Origin: Polyangiales bacterium
Lineage (GTDB): Bacteria; Myxococcota_A; Polyangia; Polyangiales; Ga0077539
DNA length: 64,000 bases
Assembly: GCA_044229975.1 (NCBI GenBank)
Contig: JBGARZ010000019.1
Coordinates: forward strand, 96,001-160,000
Reading direction: 5' to 3'
Shown: piece by piece, positions 24,653 to 35,282 of the stretch
How the letters are laid out: each line of letters starts with the position of its first letter
Position numbering within the stretch: the first letter of the stretch is position 1
Translations under genes and position numbers: made by a program
The notes under the pieces: generated by a model
What the model saw: the letters and a program-made list of their open reading frames with translations, nothing else
Told to the model about the DNA's origin: nothing
The model's database searches: none

Positions 24653-27403
24653 TCACCCTTCCCGTGACCTCCGCGCCGCCTTCAGCGCCGCCATCGTTGA
24701 CGCCCCACCCTCCGCCTTCTCTGCCCTCTTCCTCTCCCGCGTCTGCGCCTTCTCTCGCGGCCGCTCCCGCTTCGTCGCCACCCGCTGGGCCCGCAGCGCG
24801 TCCACCGTCGTCGGTGCCCTCTTCTCCGTCGCCGCCGCTGCCACCACCACTCTCGTCGCCGATGGTACGGCCACCGAACCAACTCGCCGCAACCGCTTCT
24901 CCACTGCCCCGACGCCTCGCTCCCATCTTCCCGGCAGTCCCAGTCGTCGCAGCAACACCGCCGCCACGCCCAAAGCCAGCGCCACCCGCAGTAGCCACGG
25001 CCCCAGCGGCGTCTCCCCGTACCGCGGCTCACCCCGCGCCTCAAACACCGCCGCGCCCGACGAGAGCACCCGTCCGCCCGTCAGCGCCGCGATGCGCTCC
25101 AGCGCCGCAGGGTCGTCCGCCGCGCGAAACTCCTCCGCCGCCGTCCGCAGCGCGCCCGCCGTCGCCACCAGCGCGCCGCTCGCCTCGTCGCGCACCGCCA
25201 CCGCATACGCGCCCCGCGCCGCGATGGGCAGGTCGGCGGCGTACGTTCCGGCGCCCGCCGGGTCGAGCGCCACGTCGCGCGTGCTCCCGTCGGGCAGCGC
25301 CACCCGCGCCGTCAGTCGTCGCAGGCCGTCGGCCCGCCCCTCGGCGTCCGTCGCCGTCGCTCGCACCTGCAATACACCGCCCGTCGCGTCGGCCTCCGCG
25401 CGCACCCGGCCGTCGTCCTGCCGCGCCAGCGAGCGCGCCAGCGAGGCCCACAGCCGACCCGTTCCGGGCCAGGTCAGCCACGCGGCGCCCCAGCGGTCCT
25501 TCGCGTCGGACGTAAACACCGCGACGTGCCCGACGCCCGCGGCCCACGTCGCCAGCAACGGGTCGCCCTCCGCCGCGCGCAGCAGCACCGCGCCTCGCGG
25601 CTTCGGCAGCGTCACCACGTAGCCGCCGAGCGTCGGCGCCGTCGCGAAGTCGAGCCCCGCGGTCACCGTGTCGGGCACGGCTGGCGCCGCGCGAAAGGGC
25701 TGCTCCCGGATGGCAGCCCGCGTCGCCAGGATGGTCTCCTGCGAGAACACCGTCGGCAGCCGCAGCGCGTCCTCCACCAGGTAGAAGCGACCGTGGCCCT
25801 CGCGCGAGAGGTGCTCCAGCTCGGGCGTGTCCGCGCCCCGGCCGAGCGACACCACGCTGGTCGTGATGCCCTCGCGAAAGGCTTCTCCCACGGTGCGCGC
25901 GCAGCCCGCCATATCCTCGGCGTCGTCGCCGTCGGCGAAGAGCAGCAGGTGCCGCAGGTCGGTGTGCGCCCCGCGCAGCGCCGCGTACGCGTCGTGGAGC
26001 GCCGTCGGAACAATGATCCCGCCGCCGCCCGCCGCCACCGCGCGGATGCGGCGCAGCACCGGTTCGAGGTTGTCGACGGCGCCGAGCGGCATCGTCCACC
26101 GGGTACTGGTGTCGACGTGGGCGACGCCGAGCAGATCGCTCTCTCCCAGCAACAGCGCGCTGCGAGCGGCGGCCTCGTTGGCCAGCCGGATCTTGGTGTA
26201 CCCGCCCACCACCGCCGTCATCGAGCCGGAGTAGTCGATGGAGATCACCTCCGCGAGCGACGCCCGACGACGCTCCTGCCGCAGATCGAAGGACACCGGC
26301 GAGATCTCTTCGACGGGCGTTCGCGCGTAGCCGCCAGGGCCGAGCGAGCGGTCGCCGCCCAGCAGCCACAAGCCTCCGCCGAGGTCGCGCACATAGGTGC
26401 GAAGCCACTCCATCTGCTCGGTCGAGAGCGCTCGCGCGGGGACGTCCGACAGCACCACGAGGTCGTACGCCGCGAGGCCCGCGAGGTCCGTCGGGAAGCC
26501 GAACGGCCCCGCCTCGACCACGCGCATCCCGCCGTGCCGCAAAGCCTCCGCGAGCGGCGCCGAGGCCCCGGCGTCGCCCTCCATCAACAGCACCGACGCG
26601 GGCCCCCGCACCCGCACGAACCAACCGCCGCGGTTGTCCTCGGGCACCCGATCGAGCGTCGGGTCGCGCGGGATCACCTCCACCTCGTAGCGATGCATCC
26701 CCGGCGCGGGCGCCGTCTCGGGCAGGGAGAGCAACCCTTCGCCCGCATCGAGCCGCGCGCGCCCGCGGTGCACGACTGCTCCGTCGAGGGAGACCCGCAC
26801 GTCGACCTCGCACGCCTCCGTCGAGAAGGTCACTACCCGCAGGTCGAAGGCCTCAGCCTCGTCGAGCCGCGAGGGCGCTCGCACGGACGTCACCCGCAGC
26901 TCCCGCCGCGACGTCGCCCGCAGCGGAAACACGTCCACCGGAACCCCCGCCGCCGTCGCCCGCGCCGCCGCCGCGAGGGCGTCTCCGCGGTTGCCCGCCC
27001 CATCGCTCACCAGCACGATGCGGGCGGCGGTGTCGGCGGGTCGTTCGGAGAGCGAACGATCGATGGCGGCGGCGAGGTCGGTGCCGTCGCGATCGACGGA
27101 GACGAGCTGCGACGAGGACGTCAGCGCTCGCTCGTGGAGGGACTGTTCGGTGGCGGCCCCGGCGCCGAAGACCACGCGCCCCAGGCGATCGCCGTCGCGC
27201 ATGCGGGCGACGGCCTCGGCCTCGAAGCGGCTGGCGCGAGCGTCGGCGTCGGGAACGCGCTCCAACGAGCGCGAACGATCGACGGCGAGGACGACGGTGA
27301 GGTGGTCGTGGCGATGGCGCCAGTGCGGGTCGACGAACGCGGCGACGGAGAGGGCACCGGCGAGGCCGAGGAGCGCGAAGGCGAGGCGGTCGGTGCGCGT
27401 CAC
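24653..27403 (-). CDS. Membrane protein with two VWA domains and a class I glutamine-amidotransferase-like domain
   Basis: VDRSRS and IDYSGSM MIDAS-like motifs; VSDG; YDLVVLSDVP...GGGLWLLGG; C-terminal TM; start overlaps the upstream stop. Confidence 0.88.
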   Translation of the reverse strand: MTRTDRLAFALLGLAGALSVAAFVDPHWRHRHDHLTVVLAVDRSRSLERVPDADARASRFEAEAVARMRDGDRLGRVVFGAGAATEQSLHERALTSSSQLVSVDRDGTDLAAAIDRSLSERPADTAARIVLVSDGAGNRGDALAAAARATAAGVPVDVFPLRATSRRELRVTSVRAPSRLDEAEAFDLRVVTFSTEACEVDVRVSLDGAVVHRGRARLDAGEGLLSLPETAPAPGMHRYEVEVIPRDPTLDRVPEDNRGGWFVRVRGPASVLLMEGDAGASAPLAEALRHGGMRVVEAGPFGFPTDLAGLAAYDLVVLSDVPARALSTEQMEWLRTYVRDLGGGLWLLGGDRSLGPGGYARTPVEEISPVSFDLRQERRRASLAEVISIDYSGSMTAVVGGYTKIRLANEAAARSALLLGESDLLGVAHVDTSTRWTMPLGAVDNLEPVLRRIRAVAAGGGGIIVPTALHDAYAALRGAHTDLRHLLLFADGDDAEDMAGCARTVGEAFREGITTSVVSLGRGADTPELEHLSREGHGRFYLVEDALRLPTVFSQETILATRAAIREQPFRAAPAVPDTVTAGLDFATAPTLGGYVVTLPKPRGAVLLRAAEGDPLLATWAAGVGHVAVFTSDAKDRWGAAWLTWPGTGRLWASLARSLARQDDGRVRAEADATGGVLQVRATATDAEGRADGLRRLTARVALPDGSTRDVALDPAGAGTYAADLPIAARGAYAVAVRDEASGALVATAGALRTAAEEFRAADDPAALERIAALTGGRVLSSGAAVFEARGEPRYGETPLGPWLLRVALALGVAAVLLRRLGLPGRWERGVGAVEKRLRRVGSVAVPSATRVVVAAAATEKRAPTTVDALRAQRVATKRERPREKAQTRERKRAEKAEGGASTMAALKAARRSREG

Positions 27404-29268
27404 GCGGGCCTCGATCGGCGGGCGAGGTGCACGAGGTCGGCCGCCCAGGCGAGCGCGGCGAGGAGCGCGAAGATGCGGGTGAGCTCGACGGGCTCGGGGA
27501 GCGTCGGGGCATCGCGGACGGTAGGGGCGGCGATGTCGAGCGGCCGGTCGCGGAGGTCGGCCTCGGACTCGGAGAGCAGGTTGACGGGGACGAGGGTCTC
27601 GCGACGGGCTGATCGCACCCGATAGAAGCCGGCGCGGGCGGTGTCGGCGAGGACGGCGGTTGCGGGGAGGGCCGCGAAGGCGACGGGACCGTCGGGACCC
27701 ACGACGGCAGTGGGGACATCGCCCGATGGGAGGTCGACGCGGGCCGTGTCGCCGGTGCGAAAGCGTGGCGCGAAGGCGGCCGCGCGGTGGGCGCGGGCGA
27801 GCTCCACCACGTTGCGAAGAAACACCACGAACGACGCCCGCAACGGCCAGTCGGAGCTGCCGGGGTCGACACCGACGACGGTGACGGTGCGGTCGGCGAG
27901 GCCCGCGTCGGCGGCGAGCACGAGCGACCCCGCGCGGACGAGCGCCGTGGCGCGCCCTGGGAGGGCGAGCGGCCGGGCCGCCGCGAGATGAACGCCGTCC
28001 ATGGTGAGGAAGCGCCAGCGCGGGTCGGTGGTGGCGAAGGACGTGATGGCCGGGGCGTCGACCTCGGGCAGCACCGTGAGCCCCACGCAGGGTCCAGTTG
28101 GTGGAGAGAGCACGAGCGTCTCGCGTGCGGGGAGCACCGCGGGACAGGTGTCCTGCAACACCAGCAGCGCATCCGCAGGGAGCGACGCGGGGATGGAACT
28201 CCCGGCGAGCGTGAGCTGCGCCGAGGGGTCGGCGCCGAGCGCGCGGACGACCCACGGATCGGGCTCGCGAGCGACGAGCACCACCGGGATCGACGGTGGC
28301 GGCGGGATGCGGGCGAAGGCGACGTTGTCCGCGGCGAGCGCGTCGTCGGGGGAGAGCACGACGCGCACCGGGCGCCCGACGTCGCTCGGCGTGACGGGGA
28401 GGAGGATGGCGAGCGGGGTGCGTGCGCCCGGCGCGATGGCGGCGCGGGCCTCGGCGAGCACCGCACCACTGACGGCGTCACGGACGCTGATGGAAGCGTC
28501 GGCGGAGTGTGCCGAGAAGCTCGCGATGAGGGCGTGCACCTGCGCGACGGGTCGGCCGTTGGCGTCGAGGACGGAGCGCACGTCGAGGCGCACGAGGGCG
28601 AGGTTGTCGACGGGGTGTCCCACCCGTGCGAGCTCGATGGGCAGGGTGTCATCGGCGGGAGCGCCCCCGCGAGCGAGCGCGCCGTCGGTGACCACGAGCA
28701 GTCGGCGGAGCCCAGGGAGCGGGCGCAGGCGGTCGGCGGCGAAGCGAACCGCGGCGGCGAGGTCGCCCTCGCACTCGGTGGGTTCGAGCGCGGAGAGGGC
28801 GCGGTCGAGGGCCGCACGGTCGCGGGTGAGGGGAGATCGTACGGTGGGCGAACGATCGGCCGAGACGAGCATCACCTCGGCGTCAGAGGGCAGCGACCGG
28901 AGGCGGGTGCGGGCGGCGCGGAGGGCGGCGGCCCAGCGCAGGCCATCGGCATCGTGGGCGCCCATGGAGGCGCTGGTGTCGAGGACGAGCGCGACGCGGG
29001 TGGGGAGCGATCCGGCGGAGCGCGTCGGGCGGGCGAGGGCGAGGGCGGTGAGGGCGACGGCGAGGAGTTCGAGGAGGAGGGAGAGCTCGCGGGGTGGTGG
29101 TTGCCACGGGCGGCGGGCGCGGGACTCCGGGGCGACGTCGCGCCAGAGCTTGAGCGAGCTGACGCGCACCCGCTGACGCCGCGACTTGAGCAGATACACC
29201 GCGAGCACGGGGACGCCCGCGAGCAGCGCGAAGAGTCCGGCGGGGTTGAGCAGCGCGACGCCCGCCAT
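27400..29268 (-). CDS. BatA N-terminal + VWA domain membrane protein
   Basis: LLNPAGLFALL...VSSLKLW...ALARP (BatA); LDTSASM MIDAS; VTDG; VNLLSESEADL plus a C-terminal TM. Confidence 0.9.
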   Translation of the reverse strand: MAGVALLNPAGLFALLAGVPVLAVYLLKSRRQRVRVSSLKLWRDVAPESRARRPWQPPPRELSLLLELLAVALTALALARPTRSAGSLPTRVALVLDTSASMGAHDADGLRWAAALRAARTRLRSLPSDAEVMLVSADRSPTVRSPLTRDRAALDRALSALEPTECEGDLAAAVRFAADRLRPLPGLRRLLVVTDGALARGGAPADDTLPIELARVGHPVDNLALVRLDVRSVLDANGRPVAQVHALIASFSAHSADASISVRDAVSGAVLAEARAAIAPGARTPLAILLPVTPSDVGRPVRVVLSPDDALAADNVAFARIPPPPSIPVVLVAREPDPWVVRALGADPSAQLTLAGSSIPASLPADALLVLQDTCPAVLPARETLVLSPPTGPCVGLTVLPEVDAPAITSFATTDPRWRFLTMDGVHLAAARPLALPGRATALVRAGSLVLAADAGLADRTVTVVGVDPGSSDWPLRASFVVFLRNVVELARAHRAAAFAPRFRTGDTARVDLPSGDVPTAVVGPDGPVAFAALPATAVLADTARAGFYRVRSARRETLVPVNLLSESEADLRDRPLDIAAPTVRDAPTLPEPVELTRIFALLAALAWAADLVHLARRSRPA

Positions 29269-29277
29269 ACGGTGACC

Positions 29278-30144
29278 TCAGCGCCCCTGGTCGGGTCGGA
29301 GGAGGGCGCGCACGGCCTCGATGGCGGGCTCGTCGCCGAGGGCGCGCACGAGACGCACCCCGCGCGACCGCGCCGCGTCGTCGAGAGAGTCGCACCAGCG
29401 GGCGAAGCGTTCACGGTAGCGCGCGAGCACGGCGGTCGTGGCGGTGAGGGGCAGGATCTCTCCGGTCTCGGCGTCTTCGAGGTCGAGGTCGCCGTCGAGG
29501 GTGGGCGCTGCGTCCTCGCGCGAGAGAACATGGACCACGCGCAGGTCGTGGTGGCTGGCGTCGAGGTCGCGCGCGAAGGGAGCAGTGTCGCTGCTGTCGA
29601 GGAGGTCGCTGAGGACGACCACCATCGACGATCGAGCGGGGCGCAGGGCGAGGGCGAGGGCGCGTGGGAGGTCGGTGGTTCCGCCGGGGCGGAGGTCGAC
29701 GAGGGAGCGGAGGAGCGAGGGGACGGCGGCGCGTCCGCGGTCGGGTCGTCGACGGGCGTCGGGCTCGCTCGCGAAGGGAACGATCTGCACGCGCTCGCCG
29801 CCCTGTAGCGCGAGGTACCCGAGGCCGGCGGCGATGCGGGCGGCGTGGGAGAGCTTGGGTCCCTCCATGGAGGCGCTGGTGTCGATGAGCACCCGCACGA
29901 GGACGTCTTCTTCCGCGCGGAGGTTGCGGGTCACGGGCTCGCCGGTGCGGGCGAAGGCCATCCAGTCGACGCGCCGGAGGTCGTCGCCAGGTGCGTAGGG
30001 GCGGTGGTCCTGAAACTCCTGGCCCGAGCCGCGGTGCCGGGTGCGGTGGTCGCCCGCCGTCCCCGCGGCGAAGCGCGGCGAGAGGTGGCGTCGCAGCAGA
30101 TCGAGCTCGCGGCGATAGTCCCCATCGAGTAGATCGTCCGTCAT
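29278..30144 (-). CDS. DUF58 domain protein
   Basis: GSGQEFQDHRPYAPGDDLRRVDW, IDTSASM and LSDLL motifs. Confidence 0.93.
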   Translation of the reverse strand: MTDDLLDGDYRRELDLLRRHLSPRFAAGTAGDHRTRHRGSGQEFQDHRPYAPGDDLRRVDWMAFARTGEPVTRNLRAEEDVLVRVLIDTSASMEGPKLSHAARIAAGLGYLALQGGERVQIVPFASEPDARRRPDRGRAAVPSLLRSLVDLRPGGTTDLPRALALALRPARSSMVVVLSDLLDSSDTAPFARDLDASHHDLRVVHVLSREDAAPTLDGDLDLEDAETGEILPLTATTAVLARYRERFARWCDSLDDAARSRGVRLVRALGDEPAIEAVRALLRPDQGR

Positions 30145-31475
30145 CGAACGACCTCCCGCGCTCGCCGCGCGCCGAACCACGCCAGCGTGACGAGCAGCGT
30201 GCCGTACCCGTACACGTTGCGCATCGTGTGGTGAGCCGCCTCTCGCCACCCGAGGGCTCCAGGCACGCGGGCTTCGTGGGCGATGAGCTCCAGCGCGCCG
30301 AGCGGAGAGAGCGGGGTGGCCCAGGCGCCGTCGGGTCCGAGCAATTCGCGGATCATCGGCGGGACCGCGCACCACGCGACGACGGCCCCGAGGGCGACGA
30401 GGGCGCCGCGTCGGGGAGAGAGGCGGCGCAGCGTCGAGGCGACGAGCAGCACGCTGGCGGCGACGGCCACGCTCGCGATGGCGCTGTCGGGGAGCCAGCG
30501 GGCGGCATCGAGGCCGGTCGCACCGACGCATCCGAGGAGGGCGGCGCCTCCGAGCGCCACGAGGAGACAGAGCTCATCGTCGAGGGCGGTGAGGGCGAGC
30601 GACGTCCAGGCGACGAGGGCGGCGTGCAGGCACGCGAGGCGGTCGAGCGGGCGCGTCACGGCGTGCACCGCGAGGGCCATGGGAACAGCGAGGAGCGAAC
30701 CCGCGAAGAGCGCGACGCGCCACGAAGGGCGGGCCGGTACGAGCCGCCGGGCGGCGACATCGAGGAGCCACGGGGTGGAGGCGCCGACGACCCACCACGG
30801 GGCGAAGACACCCACGCGGCGCAGCGCGGTGGAGGCGCGGCCGTCGGTGAGGAGGGCGATCCACCAGAGGGTTCCGTGCGGGGCGATGTGGCGCGGGGAG
30901 AGCACCACGTCGGCCGCGGAGTGACCGAGCGCGTGGTTGCCCGCCGCGCCGAGCAGCGTCACCGCGAGCGCCGCGCGACGGGGAGAGGCGGAGGCCACGC
31001 CGACGAGCGCGCCGAGGGAGGCACACGCGAGGGTCGAGGCGAGGGCGCTCGCGAGCAGCGACGCAGGGAGCGGGCGGTAGAAGAAGGAGAGCGTGACCAT
31101 CGGGCTCGCGAGCGCGGTGAGCGCAGCGGCGTGGGCAGCGGCGCGCAGGGCGACCGCGAGGGCGATGTCGGCGCCGGCAGCGCCCGCGAGGAGCAGGTGG
31201 TCGAGCCAGCCTTCGCGACGGAGGCGGGCGATGGTGGCGCTGGCGAAGAGCGCACCGAGCGCGAGCGCGACGAGGTGGAGCGCGCCAAAGGTGCGATGGA
31301 AGAGGCGATCGCCGAGCGCATCGGGCCGCGCCCACGCGGGCATGCGCTGCACCTCGACGGCCGCGACACCGGTGATCGCGACGACGGTGACGGAAAGCGC
31401 ACCGAGCACCCGCGGCGGTCGATCGAGCGCGTCGAGGGCGCGGAGGAGCCGGGCGACCTTGAGGACTGTGATCAC
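30141..31475 (-). CDS. Polytopic membrane protein, putative ABC permease-like
   Basis: Many hydrophobic segments; EGWLDHLLL motif; translationally coupled to the ABC ATPase gene. Confidence 0.65.
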   Translation of the reverse strand: MITVLKVARLLRALDALDRPPRVLGALSVTVVAITGVAAVEVQRMPAWARPDALGDRLFHRTFGALHLVALALGALFASATIARLRREGWLDHLLLAGAAGADIALAVALRAAAHAAALTALASPMVTLSFFYRPLPASLLASALASTLACASLGALVGVASASPRRAALAVTLLGAAGNHALGHSAADVVLSPRHIAPHGTLWWIALLTDGRASTALRRVGVFAPWWVVGASTPWLLDVAARRLVPARPSWRVALFAGSLLAVPMALAVHAVTRPLDRLACLHAALVAWTSLALTALDDELCLLVALGGAALLGCVGATGLDAARWLPDSAIASVAVAASVLLVASTLRRLSPRRGALVALGAVVAWCAVPPMIRELLGPDGAWATPLSPLGALELIAHEARVPGALGWREAAHHTMRNVYGYGTLLVTLAWFGARRAREVVR

Positions 31476-32113
31476 GGCGCCTCCCCCATGCGGTGGTCGG
31501 CGGTGAGGGAGAGCACGCGGTCGCAGGCGTCGGCGAGCGCGTCGAGCTGCGACGAGGCAACGAGCACGGCCTTGCCGAGCGAGGCGAGGGTGACGAGGAA
31601 ATCCGCGAGGTCGTCGCGGGCGGCTCCGTCGAGTCCGAGCGCAGGGTCGTCGAGGAGCAGCAGCGAGGGGTCGGGGAGGAGGGCGCGGGAGAGTTCGAGG
31701 CGCCGGCGCTCACCGAGGCTGAGGGCGCGGCCGCGAACGTCGGCGCGGTCGAGGAGGTCGGTGAGTTCGAGGGCGCCGTCGAGGTCGTCGTCGCTGCGGT
31801 CGTAGAGGGCGGCCGCGGCGCGGAGGTACGCGCGCACGGTGAGGCCGTCGGGACAGCCGTGCGACGGCGAGACGTAACCGATGTGGGGGCGCTGCGCGGC
31901 GTGGGCGCGGCGGTCGAGGTCGTCGAGGGAGACGGTTCCTGAGGTGGGGGAGAGCAGGGTGCTCGCGACGCGCAGGAGGGTGGATTTGCCTGAGCCGGTC
32001 GGACCCGCGAGGCCGACGACCTCGCCTCGTTCGACCGTGAGCGACACGTCGCGGAGGCTCCACGGGGCGGCTTCGCCGAAGCAGTGGGAGACGCTCTCCA
32101 GGCGCAGCTTCAC
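31472..32113 (-). CDS. ABC transporter ATP-binding protein (degenerate Walker B and H-loop)
   Basis: GPTGSGKST, LSLGERRR, LLLDDPALGLD, VASSQ; GTG start at VKLRLESV. Confidence 0.88.
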   Translation of the reverse strand: MKLRLESVSHCFGEAAPWSLRDVSLTVERGEVVGLAGPTGSGKSTLLRVASTLLSPTSGTVSLDDLDRRAHAAQRPHIGYVSPSHGCPDGLTVRAYLRAAAALYDRSDDDLDGALELTDLLDRADVRGRALSLGERRRLELSRALLPDPSLLLLDDPALGLDGAARDDLADFLVTLASLGKAVLVASSQLDALADACDRVLSLTADHRMGEAP

Positions 32114-34224
32114 GGCACCAGCGACTCCTCGTGAACCCGCAGCCACGTGGTCTCCGACGCGACCGCCAGCCCGCCGCGGACGCGCGCTCCCGGGCGGTCG
32201 ACGCGCGCCACCAGCCCGGCGCCCGCGGCGAAGCGCCACCGGTCGCTGCGCCCGGGCACGGCCGCGCTCGCAAGAACAGCCTCCCAGGTGTCGTCATTGG
32301 TCGGTCGACCGAACCATCGGTCGAGTCGCGCGCCGACGTCGGCCGGGACGATCGCGGGGAGGGGCACACGCGCGCGCGCCTCGGCGCTTCCCCACAGCGG
32401 GAGCGAGGTGAGGCCCGCTTCGACGAAGCGCGCCGCGAGCGGGCGAGGCAGCGGTCGTCCTTCCTGCGCGCGGCGATCGCGACCCGGCGCGATGTACGCG
32501 AAGGTCCAGGCAGAGCCGGAGGTCGCGTCGACCAGGATCACCTCGCGCAGCGGCCACGGCAGACCGTTGTGCAGCGCGAGGGAGCCGGAGTCCTCGCGGC
32601 GCAGGGTGACGGCGCCGCGCAGGTCGTCGGGCCCGTCTTCGCGGACGATGACGGGTGTCCACGGGAGCAGACCGACGCCCTCGACGCTGGACACCTCCGT
32701 CCCGACGAAGCGGGTGATGGGCCCGCGGCCGGCGGTCGGGTCGACCGCGACGACGCGCTCCGGGTGGTCGATCGCGAGGGAGGCCACGCGCCGACGATCG
32801 CCGACGATCGCGTGGAATCGACGGCCCGACGCGCGGGAGAACCCGGAGGCGACGTCGAGCACCGCGAGCGTGCGGGTGTGCGAGAGCACCGCGCGGTGCA
32901 GCGCGGCCTCGCGAGCGAGAACCGCCCATGCGAGCGCGGCCAGCGCACCCTGGAGCGGGACGACGAGGCGCGACCGACGCGCGCGACACAGCGCCCACGG
33001 AAGGACGAGCAGCGCCGAGGCGAGGACGGCCACCACGGTCCACGCGCGGACGAGACCGCGCCCCGAGCGGCGGGGAGCGGTGAGGTAGCGCCGCACGGCG
33101 TCGGGGACGGGCAGCGTCTCGGGCACCGGCGTGACGAGGCTCCCGGTGGCGTCGAGGCGGGCGCGTGCGGCGATGCGTAGCACCGTGCGCGCGGACCATG
33201 GGTCTTCCAGCGAGCTGGTCTGCGCGGGGTCCCACGAGAGCAGGTGGACGAGGCCGTTGCCGTAGCGCGCCGACGAGCCGAGCAGCTCCGGGAGGATGCC
33301 GTCGCGCTCGGAGGCGAGCCACTGGGGACGGAGGTGCCCGTCGCCCCACGAGCGTGCGCCCGCCAGCGCTGCCGGGAGCGAGGTCATGACCGCGGCGTGC
33401 GTCGACGGGGCCCACGGGTAGAACTGCTCTGCGTCGGGCGCTCGCACGAGCGGCGGGAGGGGACGCGCCGTGACCCCGTCACCGACCAGCGCACTCAGCG
33501 TCGCGTGGCGCAGATCGTTGGGGGACCGTACGACCACCGCGAGCGCCCCGCCGTCGGCGATGTAGCCCGCGAGGCTGTTGCGCTCGGCGGGGCCCAGGGC
33601 GTTGAGCGAGGTGCTGTCGATGAGCACCATCGCGACGCCCCGGTAGCCCGCGGCGAGGCGCGGGAGACGCGGGAGATCCGACCCGCCCGGACGATCCACG
33701 CCGCAGGTCACCCCCGTGAACACGGCGGGACTGTCCGCGGCGCCGTCTCGGAACCCCGTAAGATCCAGAATGCTCCCTTCCCCGGAGTGCTGCGCGTTGG
33801 CGAAGCGGTGCCCCGGCGTCGCGTCGAGGAGCAGGGACGACTCGCCGCCGCGCAACGCCAGCGTGGTCGTCGCCAGCGTCCGGCCGTCGTCGCCCACCAG
33901 CCGGAAGGTCATCTCGCCTCCCGCCAGCACCGTCGGCGTGTCGACGGAGACGGAGACGTCCGAGCGCGCGCCGACGTTCACGGTCCACGCGTGGCGGGTG
34001 CGGGGCCGATCGGCCCGCGGCATCGTCGCGTCGACGATGAGGGAGCCGCGCACCGCGCGCGACCCCGTGTTGTCGATGCGCACCCGCACCTCGCCGCTTC
34101 CTTCGCGCGGCAGGCACGTCTCTCCGAAGAGCGGACGCACCTCCAGCGTGACCCCCGCCCAGGCGGCCCGGGTGAGCGTCAGCGCGCCGCACGCCGCGAC
34201 CAACGCTCCCCCGCGAACCCTCAC
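32110..34224 (-). CDS. Hypothetical exported membrane-anchored protein (GATase-like central region)
   Basis: Signal peptide; GYRGVAMVLID...YIADGGALAV, YGNGLV; two TM helices; coupled within the MoxR operon. Confidence 0.75.
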   Translation of the reverse strand: MRVRGGALVAACGALTLTRAAWAGVTLEVRPLFGETCLPREGSGEVRVRIDNTGSRAVRGSLIVDATMPRADRPRTRHAWTVNVGARSDVSVSVDTPTVLAGGEMTFRLVGDDGRTLATTTLALRGGESSLLLDATPGHRFANAQHSGEGSILDLTGFRDGAADSPAVFTGVTCGVDRPGGSDLPRLPRLAAGYRGVAMVLIDSTSLNALGPAERNSLAGYIADGGALAVVVRSPNDLRHATLSALVGDGVTARPLPPLVRAPDAEQFYPWAPSTHAAVMTSLPAALAGARSWGDGHLRPQWLASERDGILPELLGSSARYGNGLVHLLSWDPAQTSSLEDPWSARTVLRIAARARLDATGSLVTPVPETLPVPDAVRRYLTAPRRSGRGLVRAWTVVAVLASALLVLPWALCRARRSRLVVPLQGALAALAWAVLAREAALHRAVLSHTRTLAVLDVASGFSRASGRRFHAIVGDRRRVASLAIDHPERVVAVDPTAGRGPITRFVGTEVSSVEGVGLLPWTPVIVREDGPDDLRGAVTLRREDSGSLALHNGLPWPLREVILVDATSGSAWTFAYIAPGRDRRAQEGRPLPRPLAARFVEAGLTSLPLWGSAEARARVPLPAIVPADVGARLDRWFGRPTNDDTWEAVLASAAVPGRSDRWRFAAGAGLVARVDRPGARVRGGLAVASETTWLRVHEESLVP

Positions 34225-35261
34225 CGCCCGCGCTCCTTCAGCGCCCGCTCGACCGCCTCGGGGTGCGAGGGGACGGCATCGAGGAGCCCCTGCACCACCG
34301 CGTCCGTCGACACGTTGTCGGCCTGCCCTTCGTACGAGCGAAGCAGTCGGTGACGCAGCGCCGCTGGCGCGATGGCGGCGACGTCGGCGAAGCCCACCTG
34401 CGCGCGGCCGTCCATCAGCGCGAGCGCTCGCCCGCCCAGCACCAGCGCCTGCGCCCCCCGGACGCCTGCTCCGTAGCGCACCGCGCGCTTCACCAGCGGC
34501 GGCGCGTCGGGGGACGCCGGGTTGCTCGCGCGCACCAGCCGCGCCGCGTAGCGAGCCACCACCTCGGAGACGGCGATGTCCCGGCAGAGCGCCTGGAGCC
34601 CCTGCAACGTCGCGGCGTCGAGCACCCGCGGAACCGTCGGCGTCAGCGCTCCGGTGGTGCGGGTGAGCACCGCGACGAGCTCGTCCTCGGCGGGCTCATG
34701 CACCAGCACCTTGAGGAGAAAGCGGTCGAGCTGTGCCTCGGGGAGGGGATAGGTCCCCTCCATCTCGATGGGGTTTTCAGTGGCGAGGACGAAGAACGGC
34801 GGGCCCAGCGGGTGGCGCTCCCCGGCGAGGGTCACCGCGTGCTCCTGCATCGCCTCCAGCAGCGCGCTCTGGGTGCGCGGCGAGGCACGGTTGATCTCGT
34901 CGGCCAGCAACACCTGACAGAAGATCGGGCCGCGGTGCAGCGCGAAGCCCCGCGCACCATCGGTCCCGAGGGTGAGCACCTGCGCGCCAAGGATGTCCGC
35001 GGGAAGCAGATCGGGCGTGAACTGGATGCGCCCGAAGGCCAGCGTCACGCTGTCGGCGAGCGCGCGCACGAGCGACGTCTTGCCCACGCCCGGCGCGCCT
35101 TCGAGCAGGACGTGGCCGCCCGCGAGCATCGCGACGAGCACATGGTCGACGACCGTACGCTGCCCGACGATCACCTCGCCGATCGCCTCGCGCAGCCGCG
35201 TGAGGGAGGTGGCCGCCTCGCGGAGGCGCTCTCCCAATGGACTCGTGGACTCGTCGCTCAA
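34221..35261 (-). CDS. moxR: MoxR family AAA+ ATPase
   Basis: GHVLLEGAPGVGKT, RIQFTPDLLPADILG, LADEINRASPRTQSALLEAMQE and ENPIEMEGTYPLPEAQLDRF. Confidence 0.95.
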   Translation of the reverse strand: MSDESTSPLGERLREAATSLTRLREAIGEVIVGQRTVVDHVLVAMLAGGHVLLEGAPGVGKTSLVRALADSVTLAFGRIQFTPDLLPADILGAQVLTLGTDGARGFALHRGPIFCQVLLADEINRASPRTQSALLEAMQEHAVTLAGERHPLGPPFFVLATENPIEMEGTYPLPEAQLDRFLLKVLVHEPAEDELVAVLTRTTGALTPTVPRVLDAATLQGLQALCRDIAVSEVVARYAARLVRASNPASPDAPPLVKRAVRYGAGVRGAQALVLGGRALALMDGRAQVGFADVAAIAPAALRHRLLRSYEGQADNVSTDAVVQGLLDAVPSHPEAVERALKERGR

Positions 35262-35282
35262 CGCTCGTCGCTCCGTTCGCGC

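Noticed and set aside
24664..25515. Pro/Ser-rich plus-strand ORF resembling an extensin
   Set aside because: Opposite-strand frame of the VWA gene's 3' end; the composition is explained by the G-rich coding strand.
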